64,000 nt of DNA, from positions 459,060 to 523,059 of the forward strand of contig CAYRKM010000001.1 in NCBI GenBank assembly GCA_964425075.1, in the 5' to 3' direction. Position numbers and translations under genes: made by a program. Below the pieces are notes generated by a model that was not told the DNA's origin, did not search any database, and saw only the letters and a list, made by a program, of their open reading frames with translations. The stretch comes from an uncultured Gammaproteobacteria bacterium (GTDB lineage: Bacteria; Patescibacteriota; Microgenomatia; Levybacterales; GWA1-39-11). Positions 28,619 to 37,777 of this stretch are shown here, piece by piece. The first letter of the stretch is position 1. Every line of letters begins with the position of its first letter.

Positions 28619-28993
28619 ATGAAAAATTCGTTACCAGCAATTAAAAAAACACTTTTATTTTTATTACCAGCCATATTTTTCTTTGCACTAGGATGTTTTG
28701 CAATGTATATGGTACTGCGAGGAAAAGTTGCAACTCAGGGAGAGCTTACACAAAGAATTTTGACAAACTGCGTTGGTTCTCTTCAGGCGAGTGACCAGTT
28801 AAATAAAAGTTGTGTAGGTGCGTACAATACAGCGGCAACATGTGTAAGTAACTTTAATAAATGCAACATAAAAACAGAAAGTAAAAAGTTATCCGAGTAT
28901 AATTTGCAACGTCAGGAAGCTGAAAAGGCACTGCAAGGATACATTGTAGAAACAGGAAACATAATAAAAGACGCCAAGCAAATACTTCAGTAA
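28619..28993 (+). CDS. Single-TM Cys-containing exported protein
   Basis: TM then 4 Cys and coiled coil; start moved to ATG 28619. Confidence 0.65.
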   Translation: MKNSLPAIKKTLLFLLPAIFFFALGCFAMYMVLRGKVATQGELTQRILTNCVGSLQASDQLNKSCVGAYNTAATCVSNFNKCNIKTESKKLSEYNLQRQEAEKALQGYIVETGNIIKDAKQILQ

Positions 28994-29194
28994 AAATTCG
29001 GATTTAATTAACCCGAATTTCCGGCTGGCTCCCTCAAGCAGCCGGAAACGGGCAAAAGTACTTCTCTTAAAATACTAAAACTAGTTTAGGACAATTAAAA
29101 ACATCTCGCTTGACACTTACGCATTTTTTTCCGGTCAAAATCCTGACATTGCATTACTTGATTTAAGGCTTACTTAGTTCTAGAATTACTTCAA

Positions 29195-30481
29195 ATGGAT
29201 AACCATATTGAGGAAAGTCTTTATCCTATTACGTTTCGCAAAAAGGATGCTGCTAATTTAGGTCAATATCTTAAAAACAGAAACAGTGTTGTATTGGTTG
29301 GGATGAAGAGAGTGGGAATTAGTAATTTCTTGCGTTTCTTTTTATATCATAAAGGAATTCAGAAAAAATACATAAACGACAATAAGAACCATCTTTTTAT
29401 ACCGGTTGATTTAAATGACCTTGTAGAGCGAGAGCTATATCCTTTTTGGGTGCTAACGTTAAAAAGAATTGAGGATGCGGTGAAGGCTTCTGAAATTCCG
29501 GCGGACGCCAAGCAATATATAGACACGTTATTTTCTGACAGTATTCAATCTAAAGATTTATTTTTAACGATTGATAGCATAAGAAAAAGCTTGCTATACC
29601 TTGTTGAAAAAAATATTATACCTACAATTTTTTTCCTACGATTTGACAGAATGAAAGACGTAGTAACCCCTGAATTTTTTTCAAACCTTCAGGGTTTAAT
29701 TGATGCATGTCACAGGAATTTATCTTTTGTTTTTACGAGTGCAAGAAGTTTGGAGAGTCTTTCTCCTGAAGTTTTTTCAAGAGCTTCCATTTCGGCATTT
29801 GCACGTACTATGTATGTGGCTCCTGGAAGTACTGATGACGCAGAGATCATTTTTGAAAACACTGCAAAGAAGAATAACGTCGCTTTCTCAAAAGAAGAAA
29901 AAAAGAAAATTCTTTCAATTGTGGATGGATATGCTCAGTATTTACAATTCGCACTATCATACCTGTATGAAAAAAAGAAAACTAAAATTGACGAAAAATT
30001 ATTTGATGAGTTGCTTAAAGACGAAAGGATTGCTCTTCAATCTGAGGAGTTATGGGAGAGTTTGTTGGACGAGGAAAAAGAAATTGTATTGAAAGCATTT
30101 GAAAATAAAAAAATTACTTTAGAGGAGAGAGATATAGCGGCATATCTTTGGAATACCGGTATGATGGAGGAAGATGGAAAATTTTTCAGTCCACTTTATG
30201 AAAAATTTATAGAGGAGACCATAAAGACAAAAAAAGTATCCCCTCCCAATATCGAGCTTTCAAAAAAAGAGCACCTACTTTTAACATTGCTTGAAGAGAA
30301 TCGTGGAGCCTTATGTGAGAGGGAGACAATCATCCAGAAAGTTTGGCCAGAGGTAGAAAGTTATGGAGTATCTGATTGGGCAGTGGATAGACTTGTTGCA
30401 AGACTTAGACAAAAGCTCAAGCAAATAGACAACAAATTTGAGATAGTAACTGTTAAGACCAGGGGTTATAAATTACTTTAA
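29195..30481 (+). CDS. Degenerate P-loop ATPase fused to OmpR-type C-terminal winged helix
   Basis: GMKRVGIS Walker A remnant; LSKKE..LL, I..VW, VD..V.RLR.KL, TVKTRGY. Confidence 0.78.
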   Translation: MDNHIEESLYPITFRKKDAANLGQYLKNRNSVVLVGMKRVGISNFLRFFLYHKGIQKKYINDNKNHLFIPVDLNDLVERELYPFWVLTLKRIEDAVKASEIPADAKQYIDTLFSDSIQSKDLFLTIDSIRKSLLYLVEKNIIPTIFFLRFDRMKDVVTPEFFSNLQGLIDACHRNLSFVFTSARSLESLSPEVFSRASISAFARTMYVAPGSTDDAEIIFENTAKKNNVAFSKEEKKKILSIVDGYAQYLQFALSYLYEKKKTKIDEKLFDELLKDERIALQSEELWESLLDEEKEIVLKAFENKKITLEERDIAAYLWNTGMMEEDGKFFSPLYEKFIEETIKTKKVSPPNIELSKKEHLLLTLLEENRGALCERETIIQKVWPEVESYGVSDWAVDRLVARLRQKLKQIDNKFEIVTVKTRGYKLL

Positions 30482-32247
30482 TGCAACTCAAATTTCTCTA
30501 GTAATTTTTTATTTCCTTCGATCTGATAGTGCAAAAGATCTGAGTAAATTCCTTTTTCTTTTGCTAATTCATGTGGGGTTCCATAATTTGCAATTTTGCC
30601 TTCATTGACAACAATTATTTTGTCTACATTCTGAATTGTAGAAAATCTGTGGGCAATAATAATAACTAATTTATTTTTCATTAAATTCTCTAATGCCTCC
30701 TGAACTTCTTTTTCAGATTTTGCGTCAAGCGAGGAAGTTGCTTCATCAAGAATTAAGATAGGTGCGTCTTTTAAAATTGCCCGTGCAATTTGAATACGTT
30801 GTTTCTGGCCTCCTGAGAGTCTTATTCCTCTTTCTCCAATTTCGCTTTCAAGTCCTTTTGGAAGCTTTTTAACGAATTCGTATGCGTTTGCCATTTTTAG
30901 TGCTTCTATTATTTCTTTGTCTGTTGCATCAGCTTTTCCGTATACTACATTTTCCTTGATTGTTGACGAGAATAGTTCGTTTTCTTGGAATACAAGGGCA
31001 ATATTATTTCTTACAAATTGGTGTGTAATTTTTTGGTATGGAATATCTTTTAGAAATATTTCACCGCTTGTGGGTTGATATAGTTTAAGAATAAGGTTAA
31101 TTATTGTTGTTTTTCCGGCTCCACTATGCCCAACTAACGCAACCGTTTCATTTGTATTAATTGTAAAGTTGATATTCTCCAGGACTATTTCTGACTCTTC
31201 GTATTTAAATGAAACATTTTTAAATTCAATGTTTGGCTTTTCTATTTTTTCACCTTCCTCTTTTTTTGTAAAATCTTCAACAGACTCAAGATTTAAAAGC
31301 TCTAAGTATTCTTTGCTTCCAACCTCCGCTTGTTGTACCTGCGTAAGGAAGTATGACATTGCAAAAAGCGGTATTCTTGCTTGATTAAACAACTGAAGAA
31401 TCAATACCATTTCACCGATTGTCATTGTTCCAATGAAAGCGCTGTAGAAAACTAGAAAATTAATTGCAAACATAATAATTACTAAGGATAGATTTCGAGC
31501 AAAATCTATTTTGTGATATGTTGTGCTTTGCTTGGCATAAATTTTATTTATCCTTGTAAGATTTTTTGATACAGTATTAAACTCTAGAATTTCATTTGTA
31601 AAGCCCTTAACAAGTCGTATGTTGTTAATTGCTTCTCCCATTCTTCCCCTTGTGTAGTCTTCAAACATGTTTTTTTCGGCTTCGTATTTGCCCCATTTTT
31701 TCGTTGAAATATAAGAAAGAGTGATATAAATGGGGAATAAAATAAATGTAAGTAGTGCAATTGTGGGATTGAAATAAGCAAGTACCGCAACTGTAAATAT
31801 GCTTGAGACAAGCATCGGCATCATCATATTTGATAATTGATTGAGGAATTGATAAATAGTAAAAATACCCCTATTTAGTTGATTAATTATTTTTCCAGAA
31901 ATTTGTGAATCAAAATAACTTTGAGGAAGGCTTAATACTTTTTCATAAAATTTTTCTGTCAAGAATTTTCTTGCTCTCCCCGTAAAATGATCACCTAATC
32001 TATTGGAGATGGAAGTAATAGCTTGAGTGATAAGCTCTGAAGCAAAAGCTAGGACGATGAGAAAAATCAATCGTTGCATGCTTCCATTTTCTCCTTGGAT
32101 TTTTGCAACAATTTCATCAACAATAAATTTTGAAAGGATAGGTGCTCCTAGTTGGAGAGTGGAGGAAAACAAGATAAGTGTTCCTAAAATAAATAACAGT
32201 CCGTGTAGAGGTTTTGACAATTTAATAATTCTCCAAATGTTTTTCAT
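30478..32247 (-). CDS. ABC exporter, fused TMD-NBD (MsbA/MdlB-like)
   Basis: 6 TM; GHSGAGKT, LSGGQ, ILILDEATS, AHR. Confidence 0.93.
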   Translation of the reverse strand: MKNIWRIIKLSKPLHGLLFILGTLILFSSTLQLGAPILSKFIVDEIVAKIQGENGSMQRLIFLIVLAFASELITQAITSISNRLGDHFTGRARKFLTEKFYEKVLSLPQSYFDSQISGKIINQLNRGIFTIYQFLNQLSNMMMPMLVSSIFTVAVLAYFNPTIALLTFILFPIYITLSYISTKKWGKYEAEKNMFEDYTRGRMGEAINNIRLVKGFTNEILEFNTVSKNLTRINKIYAKQSTTYHKIDFARNLSLVIIMFAINFLVFYSAFIGTMTIGEMVLILQLFNQARIPLFAMSYFLTQVQQAEVGSKEYLELLNLESVEDFTKKEEGEKIEKPNIEFKNVSFKYEESEIVLENINFTINTNETVALVGHSGAGKTTIINLILKLYQPTSGEIFLKDIPYQKITHQFVRNNIALVFQENELFSSTIKENVVYGKADATDKEIIEALKMANAYEFVKKLPKGLESEIGERGIRLSGGQKQRIQIARAILKDAPILILDEATSSLDAKSEKEVQEALENLMKNKLVIIIAHRFSTIQNVDKIIVVNEGKIANYGTPHELAKEKGIYSDLLHYQIEGNKKLLEKFELH

Positions 32248-32323
32248 AGTTTCATCATATCATAGCTCAGGCCAATTTTAGTTCATTTAAATGCTCTTTT
32301 TGAAGTTTGGTGGTGGGAGAGTG

Positions 32324-32929
32324 TTAGTTTTTGCCGACAATAACGATGGCATCAGCTGAACCTGAAGTTAAGGTTGCTGAAGTAGTCCCAATAGTATATG
32401 ACTTTGCTAAATCCTTTTTCAGTAAATCAAGATAAGCTTTTTTGGTAGATTTTACCTGAATTACCGTATTTTCATATTCGAAGTTGTCTGCATTTCCGGT
32501 TCCAGAAACTGTATATCCAAGTCCTTCAAGTGTAGCTTTAGCTTTTGAAGCAGCTCCTGGGACTCCTCCACCATTCTGAACCATAATTGTCAGACTAGAG
32601 CGGTCAAGCCCAGATGCGCTATCAGTATTTGATGACGAGGTTTTGGTTGGAGTAACAGTTGCTTTGGTTGTTGGGGTTGGAGTCTCTTCTTCTGGTGTTG
32701 GAGTAGGTTCTTCAGTTGGTGTTATTTCTTCAGTGGGGGTTGGAGTTACATCTACTAATTCCTGTTCTCCTTTTCCTCCTGTGGCTATCGCAGCAATAAC
32801 AACTAGAAAAGCTAGAATTACAATTCCAAGAACAATCAAAATAACTTTTTTTCTATTTCCACTTGAGCGGCCAGATTCATATACGTAGGAGCGGCGAGAG
32901 CGATTGAGAATTGATTCCTGTTCTTCCAT
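32324..32929 (-). CDS. LytR C-terminal domain membrane protein
   Basis: TM, Pro/Thr linker, VQNGGGVPGAA, GNAD, D.IVIVG. Confidence 0.85.
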   Translation of the reverse strand: MEEQESILNRSRRSYVYESGRSSGNRKKVILIVLGIVILAFLVVIAAIATGGKGEQELVDVTPTPTEEITPTEEPTPTPEEETPTPTTKATVTPTKTSSSNTDSASGLDRSSLTIMVQNGGGVPGAASKAKATLEGLGYTVSGTGNADNFEYENTVIQVKSTKKAYLDLLKKDLAKSYTIGTTSATLTSGSADAIVIVGKN

Positions 32930-33072
32930 TGTGCCTAAAGGTGTCCATATAATATCATGAATTATTATTTTTTCAACTATAGATTGTCAAATCAAAACTT
33001 TCTGATTTAAAACTTACCAAATTTAGAGTTGCTCGGAAGAGTTTTTAATAATTCCTGTGATACAATTGGCTC

Positions 33073-34140
33073 ATGAAAAAGGTTATTGGTATCCTTTTTG
33101 TGGTTTTTTTGATTGCGCTTTGTTATTTCCTCTTTTTGGATAGAAAATCCCCCTTTTCGGATAGAATTTCTACTTTAACAACTAACTCTAATAATTATAT
33201 AAATCCATCCGCAAAAAAAACCTATATCTTTATACCTTATTGGACTTTTTCAGACAGTATTGTCTCTGATGATTTTGACTCATTATTGTATTTTGGAGTG
33301 ATGGCAGACGTGAATGGTATCAATAGAGATGACCCTGGTTTTGAAAAAGTTGCTAGCTTTATGGCTAGTACAAAATCAAATAAAGAAAGGATTTTGAGTA
33401 TAAGGATGACTGATGCATCTATTAATTCTGAGATTATAAAAAATCCGTCTATTCAGGGGAAAATTATTGATGATTCAATTGAAATCGCAAAGGAATATGG
33501 ATTCGACGGAATTCTGGTAGATTTTGAAACATCTGCATTTGGTTTTGAAAATACAACAAAAAATATTAGTGATTTTTATTCTCGTTTTTCTGTCAAAGTG
33601 CACGAAAATAAATTATTGTTTTACACTACACTTTTTGGGGATTCTTATTACAGGGCTCGTGCGTATGACATTAAGCATATAGGAAAAATTTCAGATAAAG
33701 TTTTGGTCATGACGTATGATTTTCATAAGTCGCGTGGTAATCCAGGTCCCAATTTTCCCCTGAGGGGAAATGAAAGCTATGGCTATGATTTGGGGGCATT
33801 AATTAAGGATTACCAAAAAGATATAGACAACAAAAAATTGATTATAGTTTTGGGATATTTTGGATATGATTGGCAGATTGATAAAAACAAGGAAGCTATA
33901 TCTAATGGTGTACCTTTGAGTACAAATAAGATACAACAGGATTTCGTTAATTCTTGTGTATATAAAAAATGTTCATTAAAACGCAATAGTGATAAAGAAC
34001 CTTACATTGAATACATAGATACGGAAGGAAAACCTCACGTTGTATGGTTTGAGGATGAAATTTCAATAAAGGAAAAATTAGTAGAACTTTCTAAAAATGG
34101 AATTAACCAAACGGGTTTTTGGGCATACTCCTATTATTAG
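33073..34140 (+). CDS. Glycoside hydrolase family 18 protein
   Basis: FDGILVDFE, VMTYDFH, YGYDW-like, VWFED, FW. Confidence 0.85.
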   Translation: MKKVIGILFVVFLIALCYFLFLDRKSPFSDRISTLTTNSNNYINPSAKKTYIFIPYWTFSDSIVSDDFDSLLYFGVMADVNGINRDDPGFEKVASFMASTKSNKERILSIRMTDASINSEIIKNPSIQGKIIDDSIEIAKEYGFDGILVDFETSAFGFENTTKNISDFYSRFSVKVHENKLLFYTTLFGDSYYRARAYDIKHIGKISDKVLVMTYDFHKSRGNPGPNFPLRGNESYGYDLGALIKDYQKDIDNKKLIIVLGYFGYDWQIDKNKEAISNGVPLSTNKIQQDFVNSCVYKKCSLKRNSDKEPYIEYIDTEGKPHVVWFEDEISIKEKLVELSKNGINQTGFWAYSYY

Positions 34141-34185
34141 TCTTTAAATTTCAAGATTAACTTTCAGAGAAGATTGTTAGTGTAG

Positions 34186-34218
34186 TGTGCCGGAGAGGGG
34201 AATTCCCCCTCCGGCACA
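34186..34218 (-). terminator. GC-rich stem-loop ending the GC-rich surface-protein gene
   Basis: tgtgccggag-agggg-aatt-ccccctccggcaca. Confidence 0.6.
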
Positions 34219-34245
34219 AGATTGTCATCCTGGATTGATCGGTTC

Positions 34246-34965
34246 CTACCGCTTGTTGCCCGTGATTACCCTGGCTCCCGCAACTACCGTCACAGTGGCA
34301 AGAACGAAGAGTAGGGCAACCGCCATGTTCCCGCCCTGATCAGTTGTTCCGGCATTCCCCGTTTTGGGGGGAGCCGGCGTCACCGAAGCCTTCGGCTGCG
34401 GTTGGGTCGTACCCGTTGGCGACGTAATGGTTGGTGAGGGCGTTGCCCCCGTTCCAATCACTACAGTCGCTGTTGGCGTTCCCGTCCGAGTTGGCGTCGC
34501 GGTCGGAGTAGAGGTCGGAGTCGACGTTGGTGTCGAAGTCGGCGTGCTCGTTGGCGTCGCCGTGGGCGTTACAGAAACCACTACCACATCGATGTGGCTG
34601 ATTTCTTGACACTCGCTGCCCGAGAGCAGGCGCGTCACCGTAACTACTTGTGTTCCGATTCCCTCGACCTTGTAGCACCCGTTCTCATAGATGCCGTTTC
34701 CGAGCACGTTGGAATGCTGATTGCCTCCGAACATGCTCGAGCCTGACTTGATGCAGACGCCGCTCACGGTGTTACCGGTCCCGGCATCGTACGTGGCGAC
34801 CGGGTCGCCCTCAATACTCCCAACCACTCCTGTGGTTGTGCCTAGACATGTTGCGGGACTGCCTTGACCGTCGGCCAGGGCAGGCCCTGTTGCCGAGATG
34901 GTAACGTATGCTACCACAGCAGCTACGGCCATGATGGCCAATGCTATGGCAAGGAACTTGTTCAC
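34246..34965 (-). CDS. Secreted Thr/Pro-rich protein with sortase-like C-terminal signal (PPKTG-TM-basic tail); GC-rich island
   Basis: Signal peptide, 4-Cys domain, (TPTS)n, PPKTGNAG, hydrophobic helix, GNKR; GTG start after GAAGGGAG. Confidence 0.78.
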   Translation of the reverse strand: MNKFLAIALAIMAVAAVVAYVTISATGPALADGQGSPATCLGTTTGVVGSIEGDPVATYDAGTGNTVSGVCIKSGSSMFGGNQHSNVLGNGIYENGCYKVEGIGTQVVTVTRLLSGSECQEISHIDVVVVSVTPTATPTSTPTSTPTSTPTSTPTATPTRTGTPTATVVIGTGATPSPTITSPTGTTQPQPKASVTPAPPKTGNAGTTDQGGNMAVALLFVLATVTVVAGARVITGNKR

Positions 34966-35186
34966 GCTATCTCCCTTCTCTTTGTTTTAGCGTGGTGTCT
35001 ACTTGTTGGCTTATACTTTCCTCCAGGATGTCAATGTGCGTTGATTTCGACCTCATATTCCGATTGCATCCCTGCGTTGGGTGGGTGCTCGAAATCCTCG
35101 AGGCGCTTCACGCCTAACTCTGCGGTCCGTCCCTTGAAGCCTCAAGCGGCTTCTAGATAGACCTAGAGTATGGTATGATTGGGGCA

Positions 35187-35215
35187 ATTATATATAAAAA
35201 TAAGCTCAAAGTCAA
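35187..35215 (-). promoter_or_regulatory. Sigma70-type promoter of GC-rich surface-protein gene
   Basis: TTGACT-N17-TATAAT on minus strand. Confidence 0.7.
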
Positions 35216-35363
35216 TATTGTGACGCTTAATCTTAGATCTATATAGTGTATGGATAAAAGGTAAAAATTGTCAGGCATTATATCCTGTAGTTTTTGATTG
35301 CTAGCCTCAGGGCAGTTAATTACACAGCCTCAAAACCAGTTTTTATAAAATGTGGTTTATTTT

Positions 35364-36590
35364 CTATTCTACGCGAGAGATTAGTGGAAGGGAAAATTTT
35401 ACTTCTTTTCGCTTTTTAATCACCCTTTTCTCATCCATTAGACTCGTCCCAAAGTCTATTTTTTTGGCATCAAATAGTGGATAAATTTGTTTGGCTTTTT
35501 TCTCAAGCGGTGGGTTATCAAAGAAAAGCGAAGCCTGTTTTTTTGTATTTTCGCTAAATTCATAAATAGTTGCTCCGGTTGAGCGATACAATACATTTTG
35601 CCTGTATATTTTTTCAAAACCATTTCGAAGTTCCGCGCGTATCATCATAGGATAGGAAGTTGCCTGAGTTAGTTTTATATCTACTGCATGGTGGTGAAAG
35701 TCTTGGGTTTTTAGAAAAAGAGAGATGTGTTTTGCAGCATAATTATAGTTGCGAGCTTTTAAGAAGACATCCTCCACGTGAGACAAGAGTCTTACCCACA
35801 ATATCTCTTTGTCATTTGTTGCAGGAGTTATGGTTTGGGATCTCATGATTGATTTATATGTCCTTTTGGCATCTGGAGTAACGGCATAAACAGGATATCC
35901 ATTTAGCTCCAACCAAATTTCATGGAAGGGTTTGGAGAACTTTTCTTTTATGAACTCCTCTTTTTGTTTTGCAAAATCATATGCTGTATTCATCCCTAAT
36001 TTTTTTAGAAAACTTGTGGTTTGATGTCCAATTCCCCAAACTTTTTCAATTGGAGTTTGCTTCAAGAGCGCATCAATATTTCGTCCTTCAATAACTGTAA
36101 GGCCTGATGGTTTGTGAACATTTGCCGCAATTTTTGCTAAAGACTTTGTGATACTTACGCCAATTGAAACCGTAATTCCAAGAGATGACTCTACTTCTTG
36201 TTTTATTTTTGCTGCAATTTGTGCGTAACTCATGTGAAGAGGGCGGCGCATCCCTTTAAGATCAGCAAATCCTTCATCTATTGAATAGACTTCAACAGAA
36301 GGTGAATAATGTCTCATGACAGCAAACATTTTTTCAGAAAAGAGGTGATAAAGTTTGTAATCACTAACTGCAATTGTTACTTGCGGGAATTCTTTTTTTA
36401 TCTTCCAACATTGCATTCCACGGGTAATACCCAATTTACGAGCCTCATATGAAACTGCTGTTGCAATTCCTCTCTCCCAGCCAGTAACTACAGGTTTTCC
36501 TTTAAGATGTGGATTGACTGCTTGAGTAACAGAGGCAAAAAAAGCGTCGCCGTCTAGATGAAGTATTGCTTCAGGCCATGAGGTGGTCAT
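35364..36590 (-). CDS. dinB: Y-family DNA polymerase (DinB/UmuC-like)
   Basis: HLDGDAFFAS, SYEAR..G, YSIDEGF, KP.G, VWGIG. Confidence 0.88.
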   Translation of the reverse strand: MTTSWPEAILHLDGDAFFASVTQAVNPHLKGKPVVTGWERGIATAVSYEARKLGITRGMQCWKIKKEFPQVTIAVSDYKLYHLFSEKMFAVMRHYSPSVEVYSIDEGFADLKGMRRPLHMSYAQIAAKIKQEVESSLGITVSIGVSITKSLAKIAANVHKPSGLTVIEGRNIDALLKQTPIEKVWGIGHQTTSFLKKLGMNTAYDFAKQKEEFIKEKFSKPFHEIWLELNGYPVYAVTPDAKRTYKSIMRSQTITPATNDKEILWVRLLSHVEDVFLKARNYNYAAKHISLFLKTQDFHHHAVDIKLTQATSYPMMIRAELRNGFEKIYRQNVLYRSTGATIYEFSENTKKQASLFFDNPPLEKKAKQIYPLFDAKKIDFGTSLMDEKRVIKKRKEVKFSLPLISRVE

Positions 36591-36678
36591 AATAGAGTTT
36601 GAAAAACCGCCGAGTAAGATTGGAAACGGTTTTGATTATAAGTTTGAGAGAGGGCATAATGGTTAAAATTTCTGATTG

Positions 36679-36806
36679 ATCTAATTTCTAATTACTAATT
36701 AAATCCCAATAATCTATTTTCCAGTTTCTAAATTAATATTATGTTTGTTGCTTATTGAATTAATTATTTTTTAGATAAATTAGGTTAATTAGAGTAATTA
36801 GGTCAA
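36679..36806. repeat. AT-rich ctaatt/aattag periodic inverted repeat (empty form)
   Basis: atctaatttctaattactaatt...taggttaattagagtaattaggtc. Confidence 0.55.
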
Positions 36807-36817
36807 TTTGTTCGTCA

Positions 36818-37378
36818 TCAATACTTCCTGATGACGGACCGTACAATTCCAAAAATCTCAAGTTCTTCTTTAGGGTAAAAATCAGGATAAGAGGGGTTAG
36901 CAGAGCATAAAACTACTTGTCCGTCGACTTTTTCAAAAATTTTCAAAGTCCATTCTCGGTCAATTAGCGCCAAAACCACATCTCCCCTATTTGCATTCCT
37001 TGCTTTTTCAAGAATTACCATGTCATTTTTCATAATTCCTATCTCCTCTAGGGAGTCACCGGCAACTTTTAACATAAAAGAGGAGCTTGGTTTGTCAATC
37101 AAATATTCATCCAAGGAAACAAAATTTAGGTCTTCCTCAGCCCCTGTTGGGAATCCAGCCTTTACATTTCCCAACAGGGGAATTTGAAAGAAGAGTGAGG
37201 CGGGCGCTAACTTCCCACTCACTTTATCTAAATAGCCCTGCTCTACAAATTTGGTAATTATCTTATGAATCGCGTTTTTTGAGGCAAGACCAAAAAGAGT
37301 AAGCATTTCAGAATATGAAGGAAGACGTTTATTTTTTTTATAAAACTTTTGTAATTGCTGCAAGTATTCTGCTTTCAT
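36818..37378 (-). CDS. lexA: LexA-family repressor (S24 autopeptidase)
   Basis: N-terminal wHTH PSYSEM..FGLAS, Ala-Gly site VKAGFP, Ser GDSL, Lys TLK; start moved to 37378. Confidence 0.88.
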   Translation of the reverse strand: MKAEYLQQLQKFYKKNKRLPSYSEMLTLFGLASKNAIHKIITKFVEQGYLDKVSGKLAPASLFFQIPLLGNVKAGFPTGAEEDLNFVSLDEYLIDKPSSSFMLKVAGDSLEEIGIMKNDMVILEKARNANRGDVVLALIDREWTLKIFEKVDGQVVLCSANPSYPDFYPKEELEIFGIVRSVIRKY

Positions 37379-37386
37379 ATGTCCTT

Positions 37387-37554
37387 CTACTTTCGTTCCG
37401 GCGAAAGTAGCAAAGCCTCTCGTCAATTGTCCCTCACGTATTCACCAGTTTCACTCACTCGCTAAAACAACCCGGTTCGCAAGCTCACTTCAGTTGTTTT
37501 TCCTTCGGAACTCTCGTTCACTTACTGTTTCATACGTTCGTTACAAAATGACGA
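37387..37554. repeat. Structured intergenic element, copy C (diverged)
   Basis: ctactttcg/cgaaagtag hairpin plus caaag; closing stem tcgtca../..tgacga; aaaacaac/gttgtttt. Confidence 0.5.
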
Positions 37555-37591
37555 ACTAAAAATGCGCTCTTGGTTTCAAATGCAAAAAAAT

Positions 37592-37717
37592 CTATAGTAA
37601 AAAGTCTTTGCTACGAAATTTCAAAAAGTCTTCTTTATTAAATTCCCGAAGATATCGTTCTAAAAAAGAATGAGGTTTAAATAGATGAAGTAGTTTATTA
37701 AAAAGTAAAGAGTACAT
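37592..37717 (-). CDS. 41-aa small protein at head of SOS operon
   Basis: MYSLLFNKLLHLFKPHSFLERYLREFNKEDFLKFRSKDFLL; ATG 12 nt after -10 box; not in ORF track. Confidence 0.45.
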   Translation of the reverse strand: MYSLLFNKLLHLFKPHSFLERYLREFNKEDFLKFRSKDFLL

Positions 37718-37729
37718 ACTGCCATATTT

Positions 37730-37758
37730 ATCTTAGGTGAACGATTGTTCACTGTCAA
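37730..37758 (-). promoter_or_regulatory. SOS promoter with LexA box in spacer
   Basis: TTGACA-N17-TAAGAT; GTGAAC-N4-GTTCAC palindrome at 37737-37752. Confidence 0.82.
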
Positions 37759-37777
37759 TATGACAAACTATAACAAT

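Noticed and set aside
34480-34570. 12-nt periodic repeat in the GC-rich gene, and similar Pro/Thr repeats at 32640-32750
   Set aside because: Explained by coding of (TPTS)n/PT linkers.
34966-35186. Known riboswitch (c-di-GMP, c-di-AMP, cobalamin) in the long leader
   Set aside because: Consensus nucleotides were not found by eye; kept only as an unassigned structured leader.
36571-36657. 28-codon minus-strand ORF overlapping the dinB start (possible frameshift or leader peptide)
   Set aside because: No motif or slippery site; dinB is complete from ATG 36590.
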